Program-made: the position numbers and the translations under genes
Part shown: positions 10,059 to 19,375 of the stretch, piece after piece
Position numbering within the stretch: position 1 is the stretch's first letter
Layout of the letters: every line of letters starts with the position of its first letter
Source of the DNA: an uncultured Collinsella sp.
GTDB lineage: Bacteria; Actinomycetota; Coriobacteriia; Coriobacteriales; Coriobacteriaceae
Length of the DNA: 64,000 bases
Assembly: GCA_905205145.1 (NCBI GenBank)
Contig: CAJLCM010000001.1
Location: 2,403-66,402, forward strand
Direction of reading: 5' to 3'
The notes under the pieces: model-generated
The model's database searches: none
Seen by the model: only the letters and a program-made list of their open reading frames with translations
Told to the model about the DNA's origin: nothing

Positions 10059-10922
10059 ATGTTCGGATACATCTATAAGAAAGATGTCGCCATTATCGCG
10101 GTTGTCCTGTGCCTTTGTCTGGGCGTGGGCAGCTTCTTTGATTATCAAATCTCGAGTGCGCTGTTCAACATCGGCAGCATGTACGGTCGCTTTGTCGAGG
10201 CGGCCGGTGAGCTGCCGTTCGAGCTGACGGCGAGCATCGCAGGCGTTATGCTCGTGCGCTCGGCACGTCCCGATTCCAAGGCGAGCAAGTGGCTCGCTGC
10301 GCTGGGCGTTTTGATCAACGTGGGTCTGGTCGGCTACGAGATTATCGGATCGCTGCGCGTCGGCGGCAAGCTTATTGCGTTTCAGCTGGTTCTGACGTTT
10401 GTGCTGGTCATCGCAGCCAACTTCATCTCCTACCGCCTCACGCGCACGACCGAGCCCGACGAGCTTACGCGCTGGGCGTTGATGGTGCTTGCCGTGTGGG
10501 TCGCTCAGGCTATCGTCCTCAACGTGATTGTCAAGCCGCTGTGGTCGCGCCCGCGCATGCGCGTGATTGAGGTCACGCCGGGGCTCAATTTTCAGCCGTG
10601 GTGGGTGATCGGCAACCCCGACAAGTGGACCTATATCGCCGCCGGCGTGATCAAGGACGGATTCAAGTCGTTTGCGAGCGGACACACGGCGCACGCGGCG
10701 ATCGGCCTTATGCTCGCCGGGCTTCCCGCGGTGGCCTTTAAGGAAAAACCTTCGCGTCGCCGCGTGATCTTTTGGGCGGCGGCTGTGGTCGCGGCGCTCG
10801 TCGCCTTTGGGCGCATCGTGATTGGAGCACACTTTTTGAGCGACGTGAGCTGCGGTTTTGCCCTGGTACTGGCACTTGAGTGCCTTGCCGCGCGCATCGC
10901 CTATCCCAACGGCGTACAATAG
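10059..10922 (+). CDS. PAP2-family phosphatase (phosphatidic acid phosphatase type 2 / undecaprenyl-PP phosphatase-like).
   Basis: PAP2 motifs KPLWSRPRP, SFASGHTA and SRIVIGAHFLSDV. Multi-TM. Confidence 0.75.
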   Translation: MFGYIYKKDVAIIAVVLCLCLGVGSFFDYQISSALFNIGSMYGRFVEAAGELPFELTASIAGVMLVRSARPDSKASKWLAALGVLINVGLVGYEIIGSLRVGGKLIAFQLVLTFVLVIAANFISYRLTRTTEPDELTRWALMVLAVWVAQAIVLNVIVKPLWSRPRMRVIEVTPGLNFQPWWVIGNPDKWTYIAAGVIKDGFKSFASGHTAHAAIGLMLAGLPAVAFKEKPSRRRVIFWAAAVVAALVAFGRIVIGAHFLSDVSCGFALVLALECLAARIAYPNGVQ

Positions 10923-10967
10923 CTCCGTTTGAATCATCTGGCCGATACCCGGTAAGAGAGGATTGCC

Positions 10968-11993
10968 ATGCTCGCGTTTAACAACGACTATTCCCACGGC
11001 GCACATCCGGCAGTGCTGCAGGCGCTCGTCGACACCAATATGGAGCCGCAGCCCGGCTACGGTACCGATGCGCACACCGAGCGTGCCAAGCAGCTTATCC
11101 GCGAGGCCTGTCAGGCCCCCGATGCCGACGTGTTTTTTCTGGTGGGCGGCACGCAGGCCAACGCGACGGTGATCGACATGTTGCTCGCGCCGTACGAGGG
11201 CGTCGTTGCTGCCGAGACCGGCCACGTCGCCTGCCACGAGGCGGGCGCCATCGAGTTTGGCGGTCACAAGGTGCTCACCATCCCCGGCTACGAGGGCAAG
11301 ATGCACGCCGAGGATCTGGAGAACTATATCCAGGTGTTCTACGAAAACGAGAGCTACGAGCACACGGTGTTCCCGGGCGCCGTGTACGTGAGCCTATCGA
11401 CCGAGTACGGCACGCTGTACTCCAAGGCCGAGCTCGCGGCGATTCACTCAGTGTGCCAGAAGCGCCAGATTCCGCTGTTTGTGGATGGCGCCCGCCTGGC
11501 CTATGCGCTGGCGGCCGATGAGTGCGACATTACCCTGCCCGAGCTGGCGCAGCTATGCGACGTATTCTACATCGGCGGCACCAAGTGCGGCGCGCTCTGC
11601 GGCGAGGCTGTGGTGTTTGGCGGCATGCACGCTCCGGCGCATCCCATTCCGCGTATTAAACAGCATGGCGCGTTGCTGGCCAAGGGCCGCCTGACGGGCG
11701 TGCAGTTTGAGGCGCTCTTTACCGACGGTCTGTATTTCGAGATTGGTCGCCAGGCGATCGAAACCGCGCAGGCGCTTCGTCGCGTACTGCACGAGCGCGG
11801 CTACCAGTTCTTCTTGGAGACGCCGACGAACCAGCAGTTTGTGATTCTGCCCAACGAGGACATGGCGCGCATTCGCGAGCATGCCTCGATCGAGTACTGG
11901 GAAAAGTACGATGAGACCCACACGGTGGTGCGCTTTTGCACCAGCTGGGCCACGACGCAGGAGGATATCGACGCGTTGGCGGCGGTTCTGTAG
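10968..11993 (+). CDS. ltaE: Low-specificity L-threonine aldolase / beta-eliminating lyase family PLP enzyme.
   Basis: ~340 aa, fold-type I PLP enzyme. Has the N-terminal ..NDYSHGAHPAVLQAL.. and GGTKCG lysine region typical of the threonine aldolase family. Confidence 0.65.
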   Translation: MLAFNNDYSHGAHPAVLQALVDTNMEPQPGYGTDAHTERAKQLIREACQAPDADVFFLVGGTQANATVIDMLLAPYEGVVAAETGHVACHEAGAIEFGGHKVLTIPGYEGKMHAEDLENYIQVFYENESYEHTVFPGAVYVSLSTEYGTLYSKAELAAIHSVCQKRQIPLFVDGARLAYALAADECDITLPELAQLCDVFYIGGTKCGALCGEAVVFGGMHAPAHPIPRIKQHGALLAKGRLTGVQFEALFTDGLYFEIGRQAIETAQALRRVLHERGYQFFLETPTNQQFVILPNEDMARIREHASIEYWEKYDETHTVVRFCTSWATTQEDIDALAAVL

Positions 11994-12070
11994 CCTGATG
12001 TAATGACGAGGGGCCGCCTTGCGCTGGGTTTAGCGCAAGGCGGCCTTTGTTTTTGAGGGAGAAGGGTTGT

Positions 12071-12661
12071 ATGACCGAGATGTCCGAGCCGACGATTCGT
12101 CTGGCGACGCCCGATGATGCGCCGGCGTTGCTTGCCATCTATGAGCCGTATGTGCGCCAGACGGCGATAACCTGCGAATACGCGGTGCCGAGCGTTGAGG
12201 AGTTCGCCGGGCGTATTGAGCGTACGCTCAAGCGCTATCCGTATCTGGTGATGGAGTTGGACGGGCGTCCGGTAGGCTATGCCTATGTGAGTCCGCTTAA
12301 CAGCCGCGAGGCCTACGACTGGTCGGTCGAGACGTCGATCTACCTGGCACGCGATGTGCGCCATGGCGGGCTGGGTCGCAAGCTGCACGACGCGCTCAAG
12401 CAATGCCTGGTCGCGATGGGCATCACCAACATGTGCGCCCTCATCGCCGTGCCGCACGACAAGGACGACGAGTACCTGACGCACAATAGCCAGGATTTCC
12501 ATGCCCATATGGGATATCGCCTGGTGGGCGCCTTCGACCGCTGCGCCCAAAAGTTCGGCCGCTGGTACGACATGTGCTGGATGGAGCTGGTCCTGGCTGA
12601 GCGCACACCCAACCAACCCAAACCAATCTGGTTTCCCGACCTCCCCAAACCCACCATTTAG
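12071..12661 (+). CDS. GNAT family N-acetyltransferase (phosphinothricin-acetyltransferase-like).
   Basis: Acetyl-CoA binding motif RHGGLGRKLHDAL. PAT/YncA-like length. ATG 12071 follows GAGGGAGAAGG. Confidence 0.7.
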   Translation: MTEMSEPTIRLATPDDAPALLAIYEPYVRQTAITCEYAVPSVEEFAGRIERTLKRYPYLVMELDGRPVGYAYVSPLNSREAYDWSVETSIYLARDVRHGGLGRKLHDALKQCLVAMGITNMCALIAVPHDKDDEYLTHNSQDFHAHMGYRLVGAFDRCAQKFGRWYDMCWMELVLAERTPNQPKPIWFPDLPKPTI

Positions 12662-12672
12662 GGACAGGTTTA

Positions 12673-12910
12673 TTTTGGCCGCTTTGTAGCGTCAATCCAC
12701 CGCGAGAAGTACGGATTCACGCGTCTTTTGATGCGGATGGGCTTAATTTGGCTTCGATTTGGGTCCGTTTGGCTTCGATTCGAACTAAGTGAGTAGACTT
12801 TTTGGCGCAGGTCGAGCACAAGGCGTATCTGCCTTAGTAAAACCGCAGGTCACAGAGGTGACAGTTTTTGGTGTGCTCGACAGGTCACGAAAAGTCTACT
12901 CACTTAGATT
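12673..12910. repeat. Intergenic repeat family 2, copy a (~236 bp). Has an internal tandem tttggcttcgatt x2 and a terminal inverted repeat ctaagtgagtagacttttt ... aaaagtctactcacttag.
   Basis: ~85% identical to 21131-21366 over its full length. Confidence 0.6.
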
Positions 12911-13057
12911 TGCGGTACTGGATATTCTGAGCAGGAACAGTTGAGCTTGGACGGCGCGTATTGCCAGGCGATGTTGGCATCTGTGCCATGCTGGCTTGAG
13001 ATTTAATAAAACCGCAGGTAAAACGTTCATTAGGTACAGTTTGCCTCGTTTGGTGCG

Positions 13058-13780
13058 CTAGCCGATGGGCTCGGTGTATTTGGCGCGGTCGGTGCGCTGG
13101 ATGCGCTTGGAGACGTGGAGCGGGCGGCCGTCGGTGTCGTAGACGTAGTCGGTGATTAGGATCAGCGCCTGCCCGCGCTCAACGTTGAGCAAAAACGCCT
13201 CGTTTTGCGAGGCGTAGCACACCTCAAAGGTCTTATGCCCCTGTGCCGGTGCGCGATGGAACTCCTGTCGCAGCGTGGCGTAGAGCGAACCGTTGATATC
13301 GCGATCGATGAGTGCCTCAAAGCTCGGTGGTAGATAGGTGGTCTCCAGGCACAGCGGCGCATCGTCCAGATAACGCAGACGGACAAGTTTGACGAGCTTG
13401 CTGCCCACGGCGGCATCAAAGAACTTAGCTATGCTGCCGCCCGCCTTGGTAAAGCCCGAGTCCACGGTGCGCGTGGTGGGCTTCATGCCCTGGCCTTCGA
13501 CCTGCTTGGTATAGCTCGAAAACACCAGGTTGTTCTCGTGGAGCGCGGGCGTGTCGGCCACAAAGGCACCACGTCCGCGCTCGGTGCGAACCAGGCCCTC
13601 ATCAACGAGCACCTTAAGGGCATGGCGCACGGTGCTGCGCGACAGCCCCGATTCGTCCATGAGTTCCATCTCGGACGGCAGCTTGTCTCCGCGCGCGTAG
13701 GTGCCGGCGGCGATGCGGTCGCGCAGCATGCCCGCCAAGCGCTCGTATTGGCTTAGTTTCTTTTTAGATGAGACGCTCAT
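13058..13780 (-). CDS. GntR/HutC-family transcriptional regulator (winged HTH plus UTRA effector domain).
   Basis: N-terminal GntR HTH (..LPSEMELMDESGLSRSTVRHALKVLVDEGLVRTERGRGAFV..) and a C-terminal UTRA-like domain. It is divergent from the SIS gene. Confidence 0.8.
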   Translation of the reverse strand: MSVSSKKKLSQYERLAGMLRDRIAAGTYARGDKLPSEMELMDESGLSRSTVRHALKVLVDEGLVRTERGRGAFVADTPALHENNLVFSSYTKQVEGQGMKPTTRTVDSGFTKAGGSIAKFFDAAVGSKLVKLVRLRYLDDAPLCLETTYLPPSFEALIDRDINGSLYATLRQEFHRAPAQGHKTFEVCYASQNEAFLLNVERGQALILITDYVYDTDGRPLHVSKRIQRTDRAKYTEPIG

Positions 13781-13985
13781 ATTGCCAACCTATATCTAAC
13801 TTGTATGCCTAACTAAGCAAGCATGTATTCAATACAAGAACAAAACAGCTGGTAACGAATAATCGAAAACCGCATCAGCAAAATTTCTAAGATAAATATA
13901 GCATACAACTAGTCGACATAACCAAAACATGTATGTAACTTGTATGCCATCGAGAGCATCAAACGAGAAGAAAGGCTGATGCACG

Positions 13986-14978
13986 ATGACTACTCAGGAA
14001 CAGGTTAAGGATGTCGTCTCCCAGGTTTTGGCTGACAAGGCAGACAAGGGCGGCATCAAGCGCGTCGTGTGGATTGGCGCTGGCGGATCCAACGGCGGCA
14101 ACTATCCTGCCCAGTACTTTATGGAGCACGAGGCCACGCAGGTCGTGAGCTCCAGCTACACCAGCAACGAGTTCGTGCACGCCACCCCGGCCTACGTCAA
14201 TGAGAACACCCTGGCCGTGGTCGTGTCCATGCGCGGCACCAAGGAGACCATCGTCGCCGCCCAGGTCGCCAAGGACCATGGCGCCAGCACTATCGCCATC
14301 TATGTCGACGAGTCCGGCCTTACCGAGGTCTGCGACTACAAGATCCAGTACGATAGCCTGGCCGTCGATGAGTCCTGCATGGGCCGCACCAACTCCGCCG
14401 TCGTGACCATGATCGCCATGGAGCTTACGCAGCAGACCGAGGGCTATGCCGAGTACGAGACCGCTATGGCCGCGTTCGACTTGGTCGACCCCATCTATCG
14501 CAAGGCCGTCGAGTACACCCGTCCGCTCGCCGCCAAGTGGGCCGAGCAGAACGCCGACAAGCCCTGCATCAACGTCATGGCCCAGGGCCCGCTCTTTGGT
14601 GCCGCCTACGTCTTTAGCATCTGCAACGTGCAGGAGATGCTGCAGATCGACTCCTGCACCATCAACACCTGCGACTTCTTCCATGGCCCCTTCGAGATCC
14701 TGGACAAGCGCACCTCGCTGTTCCAGCTCATCAGCGTCGGCCGCAGCCGCTGCAACGACGAGCGCGGCATCCGCTTCGTCAACCAGTACGGTGGCGAGCG
14801 CGTCTATCAGCTCGACGCCAAGGAGCTCGGCCTCAACGACATCAAGGACAGCGTGAGCGAGTACTTCAACCACCTGATCTTTGCCCCGATCCTCAACAAC
14901 GTGTACATGCGCGCACTTTCTGCCGTCACCCACAAGGACTACATGACGCGCCGCTACATGTGGAAGCTGGACTACTAG
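13986..14978 (+). CDS. SIS-domain sugar-phosphate isomerase/deglycase (FrlB/AgaS-like), paralog 1.
   Basis: Two SIS-like halves. The C-terminal ..RRYMWKLDY is shared with paralogs at 19376 and 26795. Confidence 0.7.
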   Translation: MTTQEQVKDVVSQVLADKADKGGIKRVVWIGAGGSNGGNYPAQYFMEHEATQVVSSSYTSNEFVHATPAYVNENTLAVVVSMRGTKETIVAAQVAKDHGASTIAIYVDESGLTEVCDYKIQYDSLAVDESCMGRTNSAVVTMIAMELTQQTEGYAEYETAMAAFDLVDPIYRKAVEYTRPLAAKWAEQNADKPCINVMAQGPLFGAAYVFSICNVQEMLQIDSCTINTCDFFHGPFEILDKRTSLFQLISVGRSRCNDERGIRFVNQYGGERVYQLDAKELGLNDIKDSVSEYFNHLIFAPILNNVYMRALSAVTHKDYMTRRYMWKLDY

Positions 14979-14980
14979 GA

Positions 14981-15193
14981 GTTACGCGGTTTTACCAAAC
15001 CGCGCAACTGGTTGACGCTGCAAGCCCGCCAGAGCGGCAATCTGCCTTTCAACTTCGGCGGCATGACCAGAAGGTCAATGCCGCCTTGTTTCAAGGCACC
15101 TTGCTCGCTCTGGCGGGCTTTCGCTGTCGTTACCAAAACATTGGCGTTGCCGCGATTGCCAAGTAGTCATTCAAGAACGTCCCCAATGACTAT
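14981..15193. repeat. Intergenic structured repeat family 3, copy A. Contains a gttacgcggttttaccaaaccgcg hairpin, a long-range 13-bp stem and an internal hairpin.
   Basis: Shares a conserved backbone with 23503-23814 and 46741-46930. The stem gcccgccagagcg/cgctctggcgggc is perfect. Confidence 0.6.
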
Positions 15194-15272
15194 GTGGGCT
15201 GTGGTGAGGGAGCAGATTTTCCCGTTTGCCGATTTATGTCTTGATAAATGTATATAACGACTATAACGTAGC

Positions 15273-16391
15273 ATGAAACATACTGGAAACACTACCGAGG
15301 AGGCTGCGTTGAGGAAAAGTAATCTGGGCTATGCACTGGTGCTGATCGCCGCATTGATGTGGGGCACCATCGGAATCTTTGTAAACGGCATCTCGGCCAT
15401 GGGCGTTTCATCCCAGAGCATGGCTGCCTTTCGCTTGTTGGTCGGAGCGCTTATCTTGGCGCCGGTCCTGATGTTTATGGGCTGCCGTCCGGGTGAGGGG
15501 TCTACCGTGGCTCAGGGTCCGCTGGCCCTGTTCAAGGCAAGCCCTAAAGAGCTTGTTCCCTGCGCGCTTGTCGGTATCGTCGGTTTGGCCGCCGCAAACA
15601 CCTGCTATTACGAGTGCATGCGCGAGGTGGGTATGTCTACGGCCTCGGTGCTGCTCTACACCTCGCCGGTGTTTGGCGTCATGCTCGGCCGCGTGCTTTA
15701 TCGCGAGGACGTGACCCCCAACAAGCTCGTTGCCATTGTCTTTAACATCGTTGGCTGCGTGCTTGCGGTGACCAATGGCGACCTTTCCGGTTTTCATTTT
15801 TCGGTTTGGGGCGTCACGTCGGGCGTGATTGCAGGCCTTTGTGGTGCGTCGCTCGCGGTGTTTAGCCGAATAGCAACCAAGACGGTCCACCCGCTGGCTG
15901 TCACGTTTTGGGGTTTTGTTTTTGGCGGTGCGGTTATGGCAGCTATCGCGGCTCCGTGGCCGGATGTCGCCGCGGCAATGTCGCCACAGCTGCTGCTGCT
16001 GTTCCTTGGCTTTGGACTCATCCCCACAGCCGTGGCTTACATCTTATATATGCAGGGTCTGTCCATGGGGCTCGAGACGTCGAAAGTTCCCGTCGTAATG
16101 TCATTCGAGACGGTTGTCACCGTACTGGTGGGCATTGGTGTCTATGCCGAGCCCGCTGGCGCGATCAAGGTCCTGGGCATCGTGCTGGTGCTCGCGTCCA
16201 TCCTGATCATGAACACCGACTTCTCCAAGCTGCGCAACAGTGTGTTTGTCGGCCATGTCGTTGAGAGCATGACCTTTAAGCCCAATGTGTGGTGGACGGA
16301 GAAATCGCAGGACATGGATCTGTTTAAGGAGCGCACTGGCATCGTGCTGGAGCCTACCGTGCAGGAAAGCCCCTGGTACTTCGTGCGATAG
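15273..16391 (+). CDS. EamA/DMT-family transporter (10 TM) with a hydrophilic C-terminal extension.
   Basis: Duplicated EamA-type membrane domains. Confidence 0.7.
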   Translation: MKHTGNTTEEAALRKSNLGYALVLIAALMWGTIGIFVNGISAMGVSSQSMAAFRLLVGALILAPVLMFMGCRPGEGSTVAQGPLALFKASPKELVPCALVGIVGLAAANTCYYECMREVGMSTASVLLYTSPVFGVMLGRVLYREDVTPNKLVAIVFNIVGCVLAVTNGDLSGFHFSVWGVTSGVIAGLCGASLAVFSRIATKTVHPLAVTFWGFVFGGAVMAAIAAPWPDVAAAMSPQLLLLFLGFGLIPTAVAYILYMQGLSMGLETSKVPVVMSFETVVTVLVGIGVYAEPAGAIKVLGIVLVLASILIMNTDFSKLRNSVFVGHVVESMTFKPNVWWTEKSQDMDLFKERTGIVLEPTVQESPWYFVR

Positions 16392-16543
16392 GGGATTGCG
16401 TGCAGGGTCTGACCTGGGGTTATCCAGCCAGCGCCGGCCTACCCGGCCCCACCGTTTCAAGTGCGTTAAACCCGTCAACGGTCGATTTTCACCCGCGAAC
16501 GGTCTTTATACTAATTAGCAATAAAAGCAACGTATAAGACGTT

Positions 16544-16549
16544 ATAATG
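16544..16549 (+). promoter_or_regulatory. Candidate -10 box (TATAAT) for the PTS operon.
   Basis: A perfect TATAAT sits 26 nt upstream of the IIAB start codon in an AT-rich leader. The -35 is unclear. Confidence 0.3.
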
Positions 16550-16574
16550 ACCATAACGAAAAGGAGGAGGCAAG

Positions 16575-17498
16575 ATGAATCAGATCATTCTCGCATCTCA
16601 TGGTGGCCTGGCCGCAGGCGCCAAAGACACGCTCGAGATGGTTCTCGGCGACGTGTCGAACGTCCACGTCGTGTCGCTTGCTCGCGACGACAAGGAGCCC
16701 ATCACCAACAAGGTCGATGCCCTTATCGCTACGTTCAATGCGGACGACACTGTCTATGTGCTCACCGATATGCTCGGCAGCTCGGTCAACAACAACATGG
16801 TCGAGCTTTCCAAGAACGGCACGAAGTTCACGGTTGTCAGCGGTTTCAACATCCCGCTGGCGCTCACGCTCGCTATGAGCCCCGTCCCCGTCAAGGGCGC
16901 CGAGCTCGCGGCCCTCATCAACGAGGCCCGCACCGGTCTGACCAACCCCAACGCACCGGTCGAAGCTGCCGCGGCTCCCGTCAAGAAGGCCAAGGCGCCC
17001 CGTCACAGCTCCGGTCCCGCCAAGATCGTCCTCGCACGTCTTGACTACCGTCTGCTGCACGGCCAGGTCGTCTTTACCTGGACCACCAAGGTCCAGGCCG
17101 AGCGCATCATCGTCGTCGACAACGCTGCCGCCAACGATGACATCAAGAAGGGCGCTCTTAAGCTGGCCAAGCCCCAGGGCGTGCGCCTGAACGTCTTCAC
17201 CGTCGAGCGTGCCCTCGCCAAGATGGACAAGCTCAACACCCTCGGCGAGCGCGTCATGTTCGTCTTTGGCAACACTGCCGAGATGCTGCAGTTCTGCCAG
17301 GGCTACAAGCTCGACGCCATCAACCTGGGCGCCACCGCCAACCACGACGGTGCCGATCAGGTCGGCGGCAAGGACAGCTCCGTCTTCCTCGACGCCACCC
17401 AGAAGGCCGACGTCAACCAGCTGCTCGACATGGGCATCAAGCTCTACGTCCAGCAGACCCCTACGTATCAGAGCGTCGACATCGACGCCAAGCTGTAA
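16575..17498 (+). CDS. PTS mannose/fructose/sorbose-family IIA-IIB fusion (EIIAB-Man).
   Basis: An N-terminal EIIA-Man domain is followed by an Ala/Pro linker and an EIIB-Man domain (RLDYRLLHGQV..). The RBS is AAAAGGAGGAGG. Confidence 0.8.
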   Translation: MNQIILASHGGLAAGAKDTLEMVLGDVSNVHVVSLARDDKEPITNKVDALIATFNADDTVYVLTDMLGSSVNNNMVELSKNGTKFTVVSGFNIPLALTLAMSPVPVKGAELAALINEARTGLTNPNAPVEAAAAPVKKAKAPRHSSGPAKIVLARLDYRLLHGQVVFTWTTKVQAERIIVVDNAAANDDIKKGALKLAKPQGVRLNVFTVERALAKMDKLNTLGERVMFVFGNTAEMLQFCQGYKLDAINLGATANHDGADQVGGKDSSVFLDATQKADVNQLLDMGIKLYVQQTPTYQSVDIDAKL

Positions 17499-17534
17499 TC
17501 AACCAGGCTTTTGCCTGACTGAAAGGAGAAGGGT

Positions 17535-18329
17535 ATGAATACGTTCATCAGTGCGGTGCTCGTCGGCCTCGTCGGCGTGTTCTGCATGTGGGACTCCCGC
17601 CTGCTCGGTCGTCTTAACTTCGAGCAGCCCCTCGTTGGCGCTACGCTCGTCGGTCTGCTGCTGGGCGATGTGCCCACCGGCCTTGCCGTCGGTGCCGCCG
17701 TCGAGCTCGTGTCCATGGGCCTGGTGCAGGTCGGCGCCGCCGTTCCGCCCGATATGGTCCTGGGCGGCATCGTGGCCGCTGCCTTTGCGTGCCTGACCGA
17801 TGCTTCCGCCGAGACCGCCATGACGATCGCCATCCCGGTCGCCGTCCTGGGTCAGCTCCTCGGCATCGTGTTCCGTTCCATCATCGCCGCCCTCACCCAT
17901 GTGGCCGATAGCGCGATCGATAACGGAAAGTTCAAGACCGCCTACCGTATGCACATCTGCGCCGGCTCCGGTCTGTACGCCATCATGTACTTCCTGCCGA
18001 TCTTCCTCGCCGTCTTTGTTGGCACCGACCTGGTTCAGGCCATCGTCAACATGGTTCCCGAGTGGCTGTCCACTGGTCTTAACGTTTCGACCAAGATCAT
18101 GACCGCCTACGGCTTGGCCCTGCTGCTCACCATGATGATCAAGAAGGGTATGACTCCGTTCCTGTTCATCGGTTTCCTGCTCGCCGCTTACCTCAACCTG
18201 TCCGTCATCGCGGTCGCTCTGATCGGTGTGTGCCTGGCTGTCGTCTTCATGGGCTTCAAGTTCAACGGTTCCCATGCAGCCGCCGGTGTCGATTCCGACT
18301 ACGATCCGCTCGAAGACGACGAAGACTAA
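17535..18329 (+). CDS. PTS mannose-family IIC component.
   Basis: ~264 aa polytopic protein placed between the IIAB and IID genes, with typical IIC-Man hydrophobic organisation. Confidence 0.8.
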   Translation: MNTFISAVLVGLVGVFCMWDSRLLGRLNFEQPLVGATLVGLLLGDVPTGLAVGAAVELVSMGLVQVGAAVPPDMVLGGIVAAAFACLTDASAETAMTIAIPVAVLGQLLGIVFRSIIAALTHVADSAIDNGKFKTAYRMHICAGSGLYAIMYFLPIFLAVFVGTDLVQAIVNMVPEWLSTGLNVSTKIMTAYGLALLLTMMIKKGMTPFLFIGFLLAAYLNLSVIAVALIGVCLAVVFMGFKFNGSHAAAGVDSDYDPLEDDED

Positions 18330-18342
18330 GGAGGAACACACT

Positions 18343-19176
18343 ATGGCAACCGCAACCAAGGACGTGTCCCTGAACAAGAAGGTCAGCCAGTTCTTCTGGC
18401 GCTCCTGGGCCATCCAGGCCTCTTGGAACTACGAGCGTCAGATGAACATGGGCTTCCTCTACGGCATGGTTCCCACGCTCGATCGCCTCTATCCGGATGA
18501 GTCCGACCCCAAGCAGCTCGCTGCTAAGAAAGAGGCTTACCACCGTCACATGGCGTTCTACAACTGCACCCCGCAGACGAGCGCTTTCATCCTGGGCCTC
18601 TCCGCCTCCATGGAGGAGGAGTACGCCAAGGATCCCGAGAACTTCGATCCCGATTCGATCAACGCGGTCAAGACCTCCCTCATGGGTCCGCTTTCCGGCA
18701 TCGGTGACTCTTTCTTCCAGGGCACCATCCGCGTTATCGCCTTTGGCCTTGGCGTTCAGCTGGCTCAGCAGGGCTCCATCATGGGCCCGATCCTGGCCAT
18801 GCTCATCTCCATCGTCCCCTCCGTGCTGATCACTTGGTTCGCAGCCAAGATGGGCTATCAGGGCGGCCACGAGTACCTGAGCAAGCTTCAGGGCGGCGAC
18901 CTCATGGAGAAGCTCATGTATGTCTGCGGCATCGTGGGTCTTATGTCCGTGGGCGGCATGATCGCTACGCTGATCGGCGCCACCACCCCGCTGCAGTTCG
19001 CTGAGGGCACCGTCGTTATCCAGGACATCCTGGACGGCATGATGCCCCAGATGATCTCCCTTGGCCTCACCGGCCTTATGTACTGGCTCATCAAGAAGAA
19101 CGTCAACACCGGTTGGCTTCTCGTGATCGCCATCGTGGGCGGCATCGCCCTCTCCGCGGCCGGCATCCTGGCCTAG
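18343..19176 (+). CDS. PTS mannose-family IID component.
   Basis: Has ..FFWRSWAIQASWNYERQMNMGFLYGMVP.. typical of ManZ/IID. ATG 18343 follows GGAGGAA. Confidence 0.8.
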   Translation: MATATKDVSLNKKVSQFFWRSWAIQASWNYERQMNMGFLYGMVPTLDRLYPDESDPKQLAAKKEAYHRHMAFYNCTPQTSAFILGLSASMEEEYAKDPENFDPDSINAVKTSLMGPLSGIGDSFFQGTIRVIAFGLGVQLAQQGSIMGPILAMLISIVPSVLITWFAAKMGYQGGHEYLSKLQGGDLMEKLMYVCGIVGLMSVGGMIATLIGATTPLQFAEGTVVIQDILDGMMPQMISLGLTGLMYWLIKKNVNTGWLLVIAIVGGIALSAAGILA

Positions 19177-19375
19177 TCGCGACCAAGCGCCTAATCGCTT
19201 TCCCCCGGGGGCCTGCCTGGCATCCCATACCCCAGGCAGGCTTCCATCCCTATACGTGACAATGGGACAGTCCCCTTGTCGCATCCTCAACGGGCCGGCG
19301 ACTCGGTCCAAACCACGGTAACCCTGCGAGCGCCCGGCAATGTGGCGCCGCAAAAATCGAAAGGAATGTGTCAGA

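Noticed and set aside
14960-15166. Short ORFs spanning the family 3 repeats (14960..15166, 15012..15257, 23453..23779, tail of 46198..46767).
   Set aside because: Their sequence is shared between copies at the nucleotide level, including hairpins. Coding frames are not conserved between copies.
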